In this document: positions 26,475 to 36,274 of the stretch, piece after piece
How the letters are laid out: every line of letters starts with the position of its first letter
Position numbering within the stretch: the stretch's first letter is position 1
IMG/VR virus record: IMGVR_UViG_3300045241_000115
Location: 9,960-73,959 of that record
Length of the DNA stretch: 64,000 nt
From: a virus
Reading direction: 5' to 3' (one strand)
Notes under the pieces: model-generated
What the model saw: only the letters and a program-made list of their open reading frames with translations
What the model was told of the DNA's origin: nothing
Database searches by the model: none
Position numbers and translations under genes: made by a program

Positions 26475-26813
26475 ATGCGGGTGATCGTCTGTGGCGGGCG
26501 GAACTACAGGAACGAGGCCGAGATAGCGCGGCGGCTAGGCGCCTTCCATGCGCGTCACGGGATCGAATGCATCATCCACGGAGGCTATCGCGGTCTCGAT
26601 CGCCTGGCGGCACGCTGGGGCGAGCGGAACGGCATTCCGACGCTCGCGGTCCTTGCCGACTGGAATCGCTACGGCGACGCGGCCGGACCAATCCGCAATC
26701 GCGCAATGCTGCGAGAGAAGCCGGACGCGGTGATCGCGTTCGAAGGCGGCAACGGGACCGCCGATATGATCAGACAGGCGCTGTTCGCGGGCTTGCAGGT
26801 CTTTCTCGACTAG
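26475..26813 (+). CDS. DUF2493/YspA-like SLOG protein (antisense moron)
   Basis: MRVIVCGGRNY, IIHGG..G.D..A, A.W..YG.AAGPIRN..ML, AF.GG.GTADM. Confidence 0.85.
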   Translation: MRVIVCGGRNYRNEAEIARRLGAFHARHGIECIIHGGYRGLDRLAARWGERNGIPTLAVLADWNRYGDAAGPIRNRAMLREKPDAVIAFEGGNGTADMIRQALFAGLQVFLD

Positions 26814-27415
26814 CTCTCCGCCTTCCTGACGACGTAGGTGATGCTGGCACGGAGCTGCCCGGTGTCGATCAGCGGCCGCACATTCAGGCCCGCGCCGCCC
26901 GTGTCCCAGGAAGAGCTGCCATAGGCGGTCAATGCCTGTCGCATCGTCATGCCCGCTGCCTGCCCGCCCTCCTTGATTTCACGCAGCTTGCGCCGTCCTC
27001 CCTGCGTCCTGCGCAGCCGCCCACGGATTGTCGCCGCGGCGAGCGGCGCGTACGGCGGCGCCGGATTGCTGATCTCGCGCACGACGGAATTGCGCGCGGC
27101 CATGCCGACCTTCTCAAGCACGAGCAGCGACGCCGCTACATCCTTCGCTTCCAGCGCGTCCTGTGCGCCCTTCTTCATGATCGAGACGATCTGCGGCCGC
27201 GCCTTCTTGATGCCAGGATTTATGAACGGTCTCGCTGGGATGTTGTGCGCGGGCGAGCCAAACTCATGCACGCGGGCGAGCATTGCGTTGGTGACGACGC
27301 CTTCCTTGCGCGCGCCCTTTTCCTCTGGGACGCCGACGAGCACCTCGCTCCTGGTCAGCGCGGTGACGCGCGCGAGCAGCTCGTTGACGTTGTCGATTGT
27401 CTTCTTGACGTCCAC
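26810..27415 (-). CDS. neck/tail completion protein
   Basis: VLVGVPE, NA.LA..HEFG.P..NIPARPF, PLIDTGQLR.SITYVVR. Confidence 0.85.
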   Translation of the reverse strand: MDVKKTIDNVNELLARVTALTRSEVLVGVPEEKGARKEGVVTNAMLARVHEFGSPAHNIPARPFINPGIKKARPQIVSIMKKGAQDALEAKDVAASLLVLEKVGMAARNSVVREISNPAPPYAPLAAATIRGRLRRTQGGRRKLREIKEGGQAAGMTMRQALTAYGSSSWDTGGAGLNVRPLIDTGQLRASITYVVRKAES

Positions 27416-27416
27416 G

Positions 27417-27767
27417 TCACATCGCCGAGCCGCCGTTGTCCAACTGTTCGAGGAACGGTCGCGCGATCGGCCAGAACGTATCCCAGGCCGTCGCGAGGCT
27501 GTCGATCGCATAGCGGTAGTCGCTGCCCTTGGCACCTGGAGTCTCGGGATCGGGTTGCACGCCAAAATTGTTAGGCGGTGCCGGCGGCATCGCGCCAAAC
27601 GACGCCGTCTCAAACTCGGTGCCTTCCACACCAGTATAGCCTGCCGACGCAGTGGCGACGGCTTCGCGCAGCCGCGTGATCTGACCGTGCAGTTGAATGA
27701 ACCGGTTGACCATTTGGTTCGTCATGGTGCCAAACGGCGTCTGATTGGAGATGATGGTTGCCGTCAT
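27417..27767 (-). CDS. hypothetical virion-associated protein
   Basis: Coupled to the fibre gene. Confidence 0.55.
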   Translation of the reverse strand: MTATIISNQTPFGTMTNQMVNRFIQLHGQITRLREAVATASAGYTGVEGTEFETASFGAMPPAPPNNFGVQPDPETPGAKGSDYRYAIDSLATAWDTFWPIARPFLEQLDNGGSAM

Positions 27768-29560
27768 GTGATGATCCTTTCAATGGCTTCGACACGAGCG
27801 GTCAGTTGCTGCACGGAACCGACCAGGGCCGCCATCATCCTGTTGGCATCGATGCTCATCAACAGCATGGAGTCGCGGCCATCCAACCGCTTCGGTGCGA
27901 CGACGCCGTGGCCCATGACACCAGACGGAAACACGTCGGCCACACGCTGAGCGACGAAACCGACCGGTATTAGTTCGGCATCAGGATCGGCATCGCCAGG
28001 GATGCCATGCGCCATCTTGCGGTAGCGGAACTCGTGCAGCGGGATGCGACACACAAGATCAAGACAGTCGACGCGGCATGGCGCGATGTCATGCTTGATA
28101 CGCTCATCTGAGGGGTTGCCGATGCCGATGTCAGAGTTGCCCGACCATCGCTGATAGAGCCAACCGCCGCTGACGAACCACGACCAGTTGTCCGGGTTTG
28201 CTGTGGCGGTGGTGCAGATGTTCGGCACGAAGCTGTTGCCGGCGGCATGCAGTTCTGTGGTGTAGAAGTTGCCGCGATTGGATGCGTCGCCGCCGGGAGC
28301 GACCGTGAAGTTGATCGTGTTGTTCTCGACGAAACGCCAGTTCCCGTCGTTGCTGTTGCGCGCAAGATAATAGGCAGGGTTGTCGGCGACATAGAACACA
28401 CCGCTCACGCACATGACCGCATCTGCGGTGCGCAGCCGTCCGTTAACCGTCAGACCGCCCGTGCAGGTGTCACCGCCTTTATAGAGGTAGCGTCCGTCGG
28501 ACGTGCCGGCCGGATAGAAGTTGTTGCTGACCCACGTGCTGGAAACCAGCGTGCAGGCGTAAGCGCCGTTGGCGTAGGCCGGAACGTTCGTTCCATCCCA
28601 GTTGAAGCCTATCCAGTAGGCGCCGCCGCCAAGGACACCCGCGATCTGCGATCCCCAGGCATTGTAGCCTGAGCCACCCGCCCATAGCGTGCTGTCCGCA
28701 CGGATGTCGCCGGTCGAATGCACGTAGGCGCCGTAAAGCCCGCCGCGCACGGTGAGATTGCCGGCAGTGTCGAGCGTGGAGTTGATCGTGCCACCTTCGA
28801 CAAAGCGCCACGCGCCATCACTGCCACGCTGCAAGTAATAGCCGCTCGCGATGTAGAACAAGCCACCGCTCGCCATCACGTTAACGCAATGCACCTCGCC
28901 GCTTGGAGCGTAAAGGTTCGCAGCCGTAAGACTGCCTGTCATCGTGTCGCCGCTGACGTTGACATACACCGCATCCACGACTTGCGTCACGTCATTGGTG
29001 GTCAAGGTTACGGCGCCTTGGCGGCCATTGAACGATACGACACCGGAAGCGCCGATGAGACTATCCACATAGCGTTTCGTCGCGGCTTCGGTTGCCCCGA
29101 GCGGATCGCGTGACAGCAGCAGCGGCCCGGTCAACGTATCGCCGCTGGTATTGACATAGGCCGCGTCTGATTGAACAGCGGTGCGGTAGGGTGCCAGCGC
29201 CGTAGTGATCTGCGCGCCGACCTGTGCGGCGGTCTGATAGCCTGCTGGGTTGGTCGCGTTGTAAGGCGTGAAGGTAAGCGCGCCCGTCTCGTCGCTCGAA
29301 GTCAGCGTGACGACGCCCTTGCGCCCGTTGAAGGTGACGACGCCAGCGTTGTCCACGTATTGTTTGGTCGCCGCTTCCATGAACGCGAGCGGATCGCGCG
29401 ACAGGATCAGCGGCCCGGTCAGCGTGCCGCCTGAGATGGGCAGCCAGATCGGCGTGGATGAGGACGATGAGGTCCACTTCGCGCCATCCCAGCGATACGA
29501 CGCGGACGGCGACTGCACGATGTCGCCGATCGTCGGGCTGTTCGGGAAGTCGAACGCCAT
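27764..29560 (-). CDS. fibre protein with C-terminal intramolecular chaperone
   Basis: FDFPNSPT.G...WDG.KW, AATK.YVD, FNGR.G.V repeats; SDERIKHDI...GFVAQ. Confidence 0.8.
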   Translation of the reverse strand: MAFDFPNSPTIGDIVQSPSASYRWDGAKWTSSSSSTPIWLPISGGTLTGPLILSRDPLAFMEAATKQYVDNAGVVTFNGRKGVVTLTSSDETGALTFTPYNATNPAGYQTAAQVGAQITTALAPYRTAVQSDAAYVNTSGDTLTGPLLLSRDPLGATEAATKRYVDSLIGASGVVSFNGRQGAVTLTTNDVTQVVDAVYVNVSGDTMTGSLTAANLYAPSGEVHCVNVMASGGLFYIASGYYLQRGSDGAWRFVEGGTINSTLDTAGNLTVRGGLYGAYVHSTGDIRADSTLWAGGSGYNAWGSQIAGVLGGGAYWIGFNWDGTNVPAYANGAYACTLVSSTWVSNNFYPAGTSDGRYLYKGGDTCTGGLTVNGRLRTADAVMCVSGVFYVADNPAYYLARNSNDGNWRFVENNTINFTVAPGGDASNRGNFYTTELHAAGNSFVPNICTTATANPDNWSWFVSGGWLYQRWSGNSDIGIGNPSDERIKHDIAPCRVDCLDLVCRIPLHEFRYRKMAHGIPGDADPDAELIPVGFVAQRVADVFPSGVMGHGVVAPKRLDGRDSMLLMSIDANRMMAALVGSVQQLTARVEAIERIIT

Positions 29561-32500
29561 CAGTGCAGCGTCCTGGCTTTGAGTTCTTGCACTTCGGCGT
29601 GAAGCTCCTGCACTGCTCTGACCAAGGCGGCGACGATAGGCGTGGTGCTGAAGCTCAGTCTTTCACTCTTAGGATCGACCTCGCCGTCAAATCCTATGCC
29701 GCATGGTATTGCTGCCTCGGGGATAATCTCGTGGACCTGCTGGGCGCCAAAGCCGATGTCCTCACGATCATCAGGCACTAGCTTGCGGTTGATGCGAAAA
29801 ACACGACGATACCGGACAGGTCGCAGCCGCAGCACTTCAGCCAACCCATATTCTGACGGCACGATGTCCATTTTGACGCGCTCATCTGAGCTAAGGTCTT
29901 GATACGGACCCATGCCCCCGACATAAAGCAGGTTGTTGTAGCACCACCTGTCGTTGCGATTATACCATTGGTAGCCGTAGCCAGCATTATACCATATCAA
30001 GTCGCCATTGGAGCCGTTCCAAAGCCAGAACCAACTTCCCGCAAACGAGAATTGCCTGTTAGCGCCATTCGGAAAGAAGCCGAAGTTGCCGTCGTTCTGA
30101 GCAAACACGCCACCTTGGGCAAGGACCGAATTGGCGGCATAGAAATCCCCGTTGGCACGCATACTCGCCTTAAGCGCAGCATTGGCGACGAAATCGTAAT
30201 TCCCGTTTCCGGTGTTATAAGAAAAATAGTAGTTCGTGTTGTCGGCCCAATAGATGGCATTGCCCGCGTTCATGATGTAGCTGCCCGAGCGGATGATGCC
30301 GGTGACGGTCATTTTAGGCGTGGTCACTTGCAGGTTCGCCAGACCATCGACGTTCAGGTTCATATTCGTGCCGTCGGAGAACCCGACGTAGCCCTGTCGC
30401 GTGCCAGCCGCGTTGAAGAACCCGACGTAGCCAGCATTCGAGGCGCCGCCTGGATTGAGTTGAGCGTTGCCGGTGCCTTGCCCAGCCGTCACAGAGCCAC
30501 CCACTGTGGCGTTGCCGGTCACGTTCAATCCGACGATGTTGGTCAGTCCGCTCGCGCGGTTGATGGTGATCGGACTGTCGAGGTATGTGCCGGCGTCGTT
30601 GAAGCGTGAGACGGCGAAGTTCGACCCCGTGTTGCTGCCGCTCTCTGCCGTGGCGTCGGCCATAGAAATAGTCCAGCGCGGGGCTGCGCCGGTATAACTA
30701 GCGATCTGAGCACCGAAACCAGATGCGCGGGTCAGATTGAGGTTCGCCCACTGGCCAGCAGCCCCGTTGATACCAACCGCGTTGGTCACGGCGAGACTGC
30801 CCGACAGGGTTCCCCCTGTGAGCGGAAGATACGCGGAGAGCGACGCGGAGACCTGTGCGGCGGTTTGATAGCCCGACGGGTTGGACGCCGCGTAGCGGCT
30901 GGTATCCGTGGGATGAACGTGATCCGCGCGCGCCCACGTCGTGCCGGTGCCGACAGCGGCAGTCCCGTCCATCACGGGTGTAGTCGTGGACGCCGGCAAC
31001 ACCGCAACCACGTCGGCGTTGGTCAGCACCACCGCGCCTTGGCGCCCATTGAAGCTCGACACGCCCGCGACGCTGGCAGCGAGCGCGTTCATCACAAAAG
31101 CCGTGGTGGCCCAGAATGTCGTGCTGTCGCCGGGCGAGCGCGTGTTGCCGGCATTGTAGAGCGGATAGATGCCGGCAGTGTCAGTCCACACCGCCTGCGA
31201 GGCGCCCGACGGGATCGTAATAGTGCCACCGCTCGTGCCGCGAACGGTGGTCGGCTGTGTCGTGGTATTGTTGATCGTCCATAGCAGCCGGATCGTCGAA
31301 GCGACCGGCATGGTGATCGTGGATGGCGCGGTCGGGCTGCCATAAACGTAAAGATAGGCCCAATCCACTTGATCGACCGATGGCGTCGCCGCGTTCGACG
31401 TCACATCCACAAGGCCGCGCGCCTTGTTGCGATCGGAATATTGCTTCGTCGCGGCTTGCAGCGCAGCGGTCGGATCAGCAGCCAGGAGCAGCGGCTGGTA
31501 GACGTTCACGTTGCCGCCGGCGGCCGCGAGAACATCATTGCCAGCGATCACAAGACCAATGACTCCACCGGCAGCGGCGACGAGGTTCAGGCGTCCGCTC
31601 GACACCCCTACCCCGTAGCTGGTGCTGAATAGGGCGATGTGCTTCGACAGATCGTAGATCGAACCGCCGACCGCGTTGCCGAACGACAGCCCGACATTTG
31701 CCGTCAGCAATCCATTGAATGTGGCGGGTCCACTGACGGTGAGCGCGCCGGTCATTTGCAGCCCATTCACCGTGAAACGCGCAATCCGGTTTTGATTAGC
31801 ATCGGATGCGGTGTCGTTCTGCCCGCCGTTGTTGACCCACACATCGAGATATTCATTGCCCCATGCGCTCGTTGAATACCCAGAGCGCAGCGACGCAGTG
31901 AGGCGCGCCCCCAGGTCCGCGCCGCTTTGGAACGTGCCGGCGAACCGCAGCTTGCCTTCCAAAGAATTACCGACGCCGGGTGGGCCTACCTGTAGCTGGG
32001 CGCTCGTCGCGGTCGGCAAGACGGTGACGACCAGCGCGCCAGTCATCGTATCGCCGGTCACGTTTACCCACCGCGCATCCCCTGCGGCTGGCGTGATCGT
32101 GTTGTTGTCAACATACTGCTTGGTCGCGGCGTGCATTGCGGCAGTTGGATCGGCGGGAAGCGTGATGCCGTTTGAGTTGATCACCGCTATGTCAACACCA
32201 GCCTTCACGAACACATGTTGACCACTAGCATCAACGTTGTAATTGAGGCGAGCAGAAGAAACGCTGAAACCGTAAGTGCCGCCCCACAGACTGATGTGGT
32301 GCGAAAGATCTGTGATACCACTGGTCACACTACCAAGCGACAACCCAGCATTTGCCGTCAGCAATCCATTGTTAACTAGCGCACCAGAAAGTGTGCCGCC
32401 GCTAAGAGGTAAGTAATTTCCAAGGTCGCCCGAATTTGCCAGTTGTCCGACATGGTTGCCGTCGACATACATATCGGCATGGCCGTTGACCCAGGCGAAA

Positions 32501-34566
32501 CCAAAGAGGTTGCCGCCACCAGAGATACCAGCGTAACCGAGACCGACACCCGCAATATTCAAATTACCACCGGAGCCAAGGGTCATAACTTGTTTGGCGG
32601 TGGAGGCTGCGGTCTGCTGAAACCACGCGAACGAAGTGGTGGGCAGGAAGCCGAGGAAGTTATTGAAGAAATCAACCTCTGCCTGACCGGCGTTGAAATT
32701 CCACCCGATCGAACCTACTGCCCCAGGCAGTGCCGGGATCGTGCCACCCAGATTGCCAAAGACCGATAAGAGGGAGGCCGCCGCTCCCGAGTTCGCCGTC
32801 AGCAGCCCACCCACAGTGAGCGGACTGTCAGAGACGTTCCCTCCTGGGGCGAGATGCAGCAGGCGCGTTGTGGCAGAGTAGAAATCGTGCACCGCGCCGC
32901 TGCCGGCGATGTAATTCAGGGTGTGGTCGGTGACCGAGAAGCCATAAGCGGCGCCATACAGATCGATGTGGTGCGAAAAATCGCTTGGCGTGCCTGAGAC
33001 TGCGGAACCGAGCGAGATGCCAAAGTTGAAAGATGAACGCTGCATGAACTGCGACGTGCTGTTGAATGTCGCAGCCACATCCACCGCCACACTGCCGGAA
33101 TAGAGCCGGATAAGCGTGGTTTCGACCGATTGATTAGCCCAGAACGAAATGTCTAACCGGTTGGAATAGTTGCCTATCATAAACTGCGAACCGGCAGGAC
33201 TTGCGTTGCCGATCCATATCGCGGCGTAATGACTGGCCGTGTCCAGGTAGAGGTTCGCGCCGAAGCTTCGCCAGCCGGTCTCCGGTGCATTGATCGTCAG
33301 CGTTCCGGTCATGGTATCGCCGGCAACGTTCACCCATCGCGCATCGCCAGCCGCCGGGGTGATCGTGTTGTTATCCACGTATTGTTTCGTCGCCGCTTGC
33401 AGCCCGGAGGCGGGATCGGCGGCGAGCATCAACGGACCAAAGAGATTGATGGCGCCGGTAGCGCGGATGATTTGCAGTCCGTTGCCGATAAACGAGCCAT
33501 CGTCGGCGAAGCGATGGATGATGAAATTGGTGCCAGCGTTGCCGCCGCTCTCGGCCTCAGTGCCGCCGAACTCCACCGACCAGCGCGTCTTGCCTTGACG
33601 TTTGCTCTCAAAGTAACCCGCTGCCGTCCCGGCGGCCTGTGTCGTGTTCCATTTGACCGCAGGCCAGTCGCTACCCGTGCCGGTGACATACAGCGCCGAG
33701 TCGGTCGCCGACTGGATCGTCAGTGCGCCGGTCAGCGTGCCGCCTGTCAACAACAGGTATCGTGCATCACCCTGTGCCTGCGTCAGATAGCGCGCGTCGC
33801 CCGTGCGCATGTTCAGCCCATCGGTCGCCGCCGTCGCGTCCGCCACCTGCGTGATGCGGTTGTTCAGCATCGACAATGTGCCGTAGAACTGGGCGGCACC
33901 GGCAAACGTGCCGAAAATCGTGCTGCCCTGCACGCTCATGACGATCGCGTTAGCGCTGCGCGATAGCCCGGTGCCGTCGGCCGCACCAAGCTGCAAGGCC
34001 GGCGCAGCAACGGTGCCGTTCGGCAATTGCAGCGGCCCGGTGAGCGCGCCACCGGTCAAAGGCAGATAGGCGCCCTCGACGCCTGTGATCTGCGCGTCAA
34101 CGTATTGCTTGGTCGCCGCCTCCATCGGATCGACCGGGTTTTGGAACAGATACAGCGGCCCCTGCATCGTGCCGCCGACCAGCGGCAAATAACCCGCCAT
34201 GCCGCTGTTCGCGATGACCCACTGGCTGCTGGTCGGGTCCGTGTAGCGGATGAAGAGCTGCGTCGAAACGCTGTCCCACCACAGATCGCCAGAGTTGGGC
34301 GAGCCTGGTGGCGTGTCCGAGATCGTGACCGAGGCGCCGCCGCCAGGACCGCCCGACGCCGCGCTGTTGTACAGCAGCTTGCGTCCCGTCGCGTCCATGT
34401 CGGTCGGCACACCGACCCAGAGTTTCATCGGGTCCGCAAGCTCGATGCCAAGCTCGCCCACGAGCAGCAGGTTCTCCGGCGGCGCCTTGTCCGGATCCAC
34501 CGTGTAAAGATGCTGAGCGAGATCCCAGCGCTCGCCGCTCACGCGCGTCCGAACGTCGTCCGGCAT
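29560..34566 (-). CDS. giant modular fibre protein (about 1670 aa) with C-terminal intramolecular chaperone
   Basis: GELGI, GDLWWDS, many YLPL.GGT and AATKQYVD repeats; SDERVKMDI...GFGAQ; TAATG start coupling. Confidence 0.8.
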   Translation of the reverse strand: MPDDVRTRVSGERWDLAQHLYTVDPDKAPPENLLLVGELGIELADPMKLWVGVPTDMDATGRKLLYNSAASGGPGGGASVTISDTPPGSPNSGDLWWDSVSTQLFIRYTDPTSSQWVIANSGMAGYLPLVGGTMQGPLYLFQNPVDPMEAATKQYVDAQITGVEGAYLPLTGGALTGPLQLPNGTVAAPALQLGAADGTGLSRSANAIVMSVQGSTIFGTFAGAAQFYGTLSMLNNRITQVADATAATDGLNMRTGDARYLTQAQGDARYLLLTGGTLTGALTIQSATDSALYVTGTGSDWPAVKWNTTQAAGTAAGYFESKRQGKTRWSVEFGGTEAESGGNAGTNFIIHRFADDGSFIGNGLQIIRATGAINLFGPLMLAADPASGLQAATKQYVDNNTITPAAGDARWVNVAGDTMTGTLTINAPETGWRSFGANLYLDTASHYAAIWIGNASPAGSQFMIGNYSNRLDISFWANQSVETTLIRLYSGSVAVDVAATFNSTSQFMQRSSFNFGISLGSAVSGTPSDFSHHIDLYGAAYGFSVTDHTLNYIAGSGAVHDFYSATTRLLHLAPGGNVSDSPLTVGGLLTANSGAAASLLSVFGNLGGTIPALPGAVGSIGWNFNAGQAEVDFFNNFLGFLPTTSFAWFQQTAASTAKQVMTLGSGGNLNIAGVGLGYAGISGGGNLFGFAWVNGHADMYVDGNHVGQLANSGDLGNYLPLSGGTLSGALVNNGLLTANAGLSLGSVTSGITDLSHHISLWGGTYGFSVSSARLNYNVDASGQHVFVKAGVDIAVINSNGITLPADPTAAMHAATKQYVDNNTITPAAGDARWVNVTGDTMTGALVVTVLPTATSAQLQVGPPGVGNSLEGKLRFAGTFQSGADLGARLTASLRSGYSTSAWGNEYLDVWVNNGGQNDTASDANQNRIARFTVNGLQMTGALTVSGPATFNGLLTANVGLSFGNAVGGSIYDLSKHIALFSTSYGVGVSSGRLNLVAAAGGVIGLVIAGNDVLAAAGGNVNVYQPLLLAADPTAALQAATKQYSDRNKARGLVDVTSNAATPSVDQVDWAYLYVYGSPTAPSTITMPVASTIRLLWTINNTTTQPTTVRGTSGGTITIPSGASQAVWTDTAGIYPLYNAGNTRSPGDSTTFWATTAFVMNALAASVAGVSSFNGRQGAVVLTNADVVAVLPASTTTPVMDGTAAVGTGTTWARADHVHPTDTSRYAASNPSGYQTAAQVSASLSAYLPLTGGTLSGSLAVTNAVGINGAAGQWANLNLTRASGFGAQIASYTGAAPRWTISMADATAESGSNTGSNFAVSRFNDAGTYLDSPITINRASGLTNIVGLNVTGNATVGGSVTAGQGTGNAQLNPGGASNAGYVGFFNAAGTRQGYVGFSDGTNMNLNVDGLANLQVTTPKMTVTGIIRSGSYIMNAGNAIYWADNTNYYFSYNTGNGNYDFVANAALKASMRANGDFYAANSVLAQGGVFAQNDGNFGFFPNGANRQFSFAGSWFWLWNGSNGDLIWYNAGYGYQWYNRNDRWCYNNLLYVGGMGPYQDLSSDERVKMDIVPSEYGLAEVLRLRPVRYRRVFRINRKLVPDDREDIGFGAQQVHEIIPEAAIPCGIGFDGEVDPKSERLSFSTTPIVAALVRAVQELHAEVQELKARTLH

Positions 34567-34814
34567 TACCGCCCGCTCCACCATTCGTACAAGTCCGCGA
34601 TCTCCCGGAGCCGCTCGGCAATCAGCGCGTTGTGCTTTGCCGCTTGCGGCCACATCGCCGGATGGACAACCCGGCCCGGCTCCGCTCGCAGATAGGCGCG
34701 CGCGACCTTCAACTCCGTCAGCAGATCGTCAACCACCAACGCGAGGCGTGCCTTTTCCTCACGCTGGCGTTGGACGATTGCCTCCTCGATCTCGAACACG
34801 TCGGCGCGCGTCAT
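34566..34814 (-). CDS. hypothetical protein
   Basis: TGATG and TAATG coupling. Confidence 0.5.
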   Translation of the reverse strand: MTRADVFEIEEAIVQRQREEKARLALVVDDLLTELKVARAYLRAEPGRVVHPAMWPQAAKHNALIAERLREIADLYEWWSGR

Positions 34815-35341
34815 CACGAACCCCAGCGCCACATCACGCCCAGGCTCCACGTCAACACCGTCCCCGACATCCCGCCGCTCGCTGCCCCCAGCGTCTCGTA
34901 TCCGCCGATGCCGACGATGCGCATCAGCCAATAGAACCTCTGGCCATACATCGTGTAATTCCACGGTCCGCCGCCCTCGACCGCCGTCACGTCAACGTTG
35001 TAGCCGACCGAGACCTTGCTGACGCTCTTGTTGGTCATCAGACCGCCGGCGGCGCCGGGCGCGCCGCCACCTCCCTGCATCGCACGCTGCGACAGCGCCA
35101 GCATGTGCGCCGTCATCAACTCCACACCGGCCTGCAACAACGAACCCCAGCGATACGGGTCGAGGCAGGCGGTATTGAGATCGATGAAGAATTGCACCTG
35201 CGAGTCAGGATAGGTGGTCGTGTCGGAAAACTCGGGGAAATGGGAACGGAACGTCGGCGGGTCCGTGACCGTGCTCGTCGTCAGCGCGACAGGAACCGGC
35301 GGCGTCCCCTCCGGCAGCAGCGGCGAGAGGACCTCGCTCAT
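34814..35341 (-). CDS. head-tail adaptor (DUF4054-like)
   Basis: FR..FPEF.D...YPD, AH.L.L, KSV.KVSV.Y, WN.T.YG.RF. Confidence 0.9.
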   Translation of the reverse strand: MSEVLSPLLPEGTPPVPVALTTSTVTDPPTFRSHFPEFSDTTTYPDSQVQFFIDLNTACLDPYRWGSLLQAGVELMTAHMLALSQRAMQGGGGAPGAAGGLMTNKSVSKVSVGYNVDVTAVEGGGPWNYTMYGQRFYWLMRIVGIGGYETLGAASGGMSGTVLTWSLGVMWRWGS

Positions 35342-35347
35342 GCGAGC

Positions 35348-35755
35348 TTAGGCTTCCTTCGCCGGCGCGGTCCTGCTCGCCGACGATGCGTGCTGAGAGG
35401 ATGGCGGCACCCGTTCCGCCGACAACGGCGGTTGCGCTTGCTTCGGGGCCGTCGCGTCGGCCGGCGCGGGTTGCGACGGGTCCTCCTCCCTCGGTTTCAT
35501 GACCTCGATCGCCTGGTATTCCGGCATTCCTGGCGTCGGGCCAGGTTCCTCGTAGCCCTCGAGATGCATCTTGCAATACCAGTGGTTGGCGACCTCGTCG
35601 GGCACATCGTCATATGTGCCGACGGCGAAGTACTTCTTCTCCACCGCGCCATAGACCGGCAGCTTCTTTTCGGCGTTCTGCGGATCCGGCATTTCGCCGA
35701 TCTGCTTCGGGTCAAGCTGCAGCATGAACGGCTTGACGACCTTGATGGTAGCCAT
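35348..35755 (-). CDS. conserved head-associated protein
   Basis: I.V.KPF.L...F.VG..D.VPDEVA.HWY; AAAGGAG SD. Confidence 0.7.
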   Translation of the reverse strand: MATIKVVKPFMLQLDPKQIGEMPDPQNAEKKLPVYGAVEKKYFAVGTYDDVPDEVANHWYCKMHLEGYEEPGPTPGMPEYQAIEVMKPREEDPSQPAPADATAPKQAQPPLSAERVPPSSQHASSASRTAPAKEA

Positions 35756-35947
35756 TGCGGTCTCCTTTCCGCGTGGATCAACGAACGACAGTGATCGCCT
35801 CCGCGCGCCTTCGCCGGGAACGCGCGGAGGGCCACCCTTTGGCCTCACCGGGGAGGAAGGTTCTTGGCCAGCAGCTTGTGGGGTGGTTCTCTCTGCGCGT
35901 CCGCGGAGATCGCCACGTCGGACCTCACCCCGGAGGGTTCTTGGCCG

Positions 35948-36157
35948 TCAGCCCTGATAGAGTTTCGCGCGCACCGCCGCGTCCTTCGCCTCGAGCAGCT
36001 TGCGCAAGGCTACTGTACGTTCCGTGTTACGCGGTAGCGCCTCTATTAGATGACGCGCCAGTTGGCCGAATGGCTTCGACACCTCTTTCAGGTCCTCGCG
36101 CAAATGGTCATAGGCAAAGAACTGAAAGATCGGTTCAAGGCTTTCCGGTCCGGTCAT
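35948..36157 (-). CDS. small helical-hairpin protein, Acb2/Tad1-like fold candidate
   Basis: FF.Y.HL...L..VSKPF..LA....LP...E...ALRKLLEAKD.AVRA. Confidence 0.55.
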   Translation of the reverse strand: MTGPESLEPIFQFFAYDHLREDLKEVSKPFGQLARHLIEALPRNTERTVALRKLLEAKDAAVRAKLYQG

Positions 36158-36274
36158 CGTTCATTTCCTCATCAGAGGCAGGCAATGGGGCGGATCGGCG
36201 TGCGCGCGTGAGCGCGGAGTAATCTGCCGCCCGCAAGGCTGAGAATAAGATCGGAATATTTAGCGTCGGTTTTG

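Noticed and set aside
29560-34566. DGR template/variable repeats in the fibre genes
   Set aside because: The repeats are structural fibre motifs without evident adenine-specific variation, and no reverse transcriptase is present
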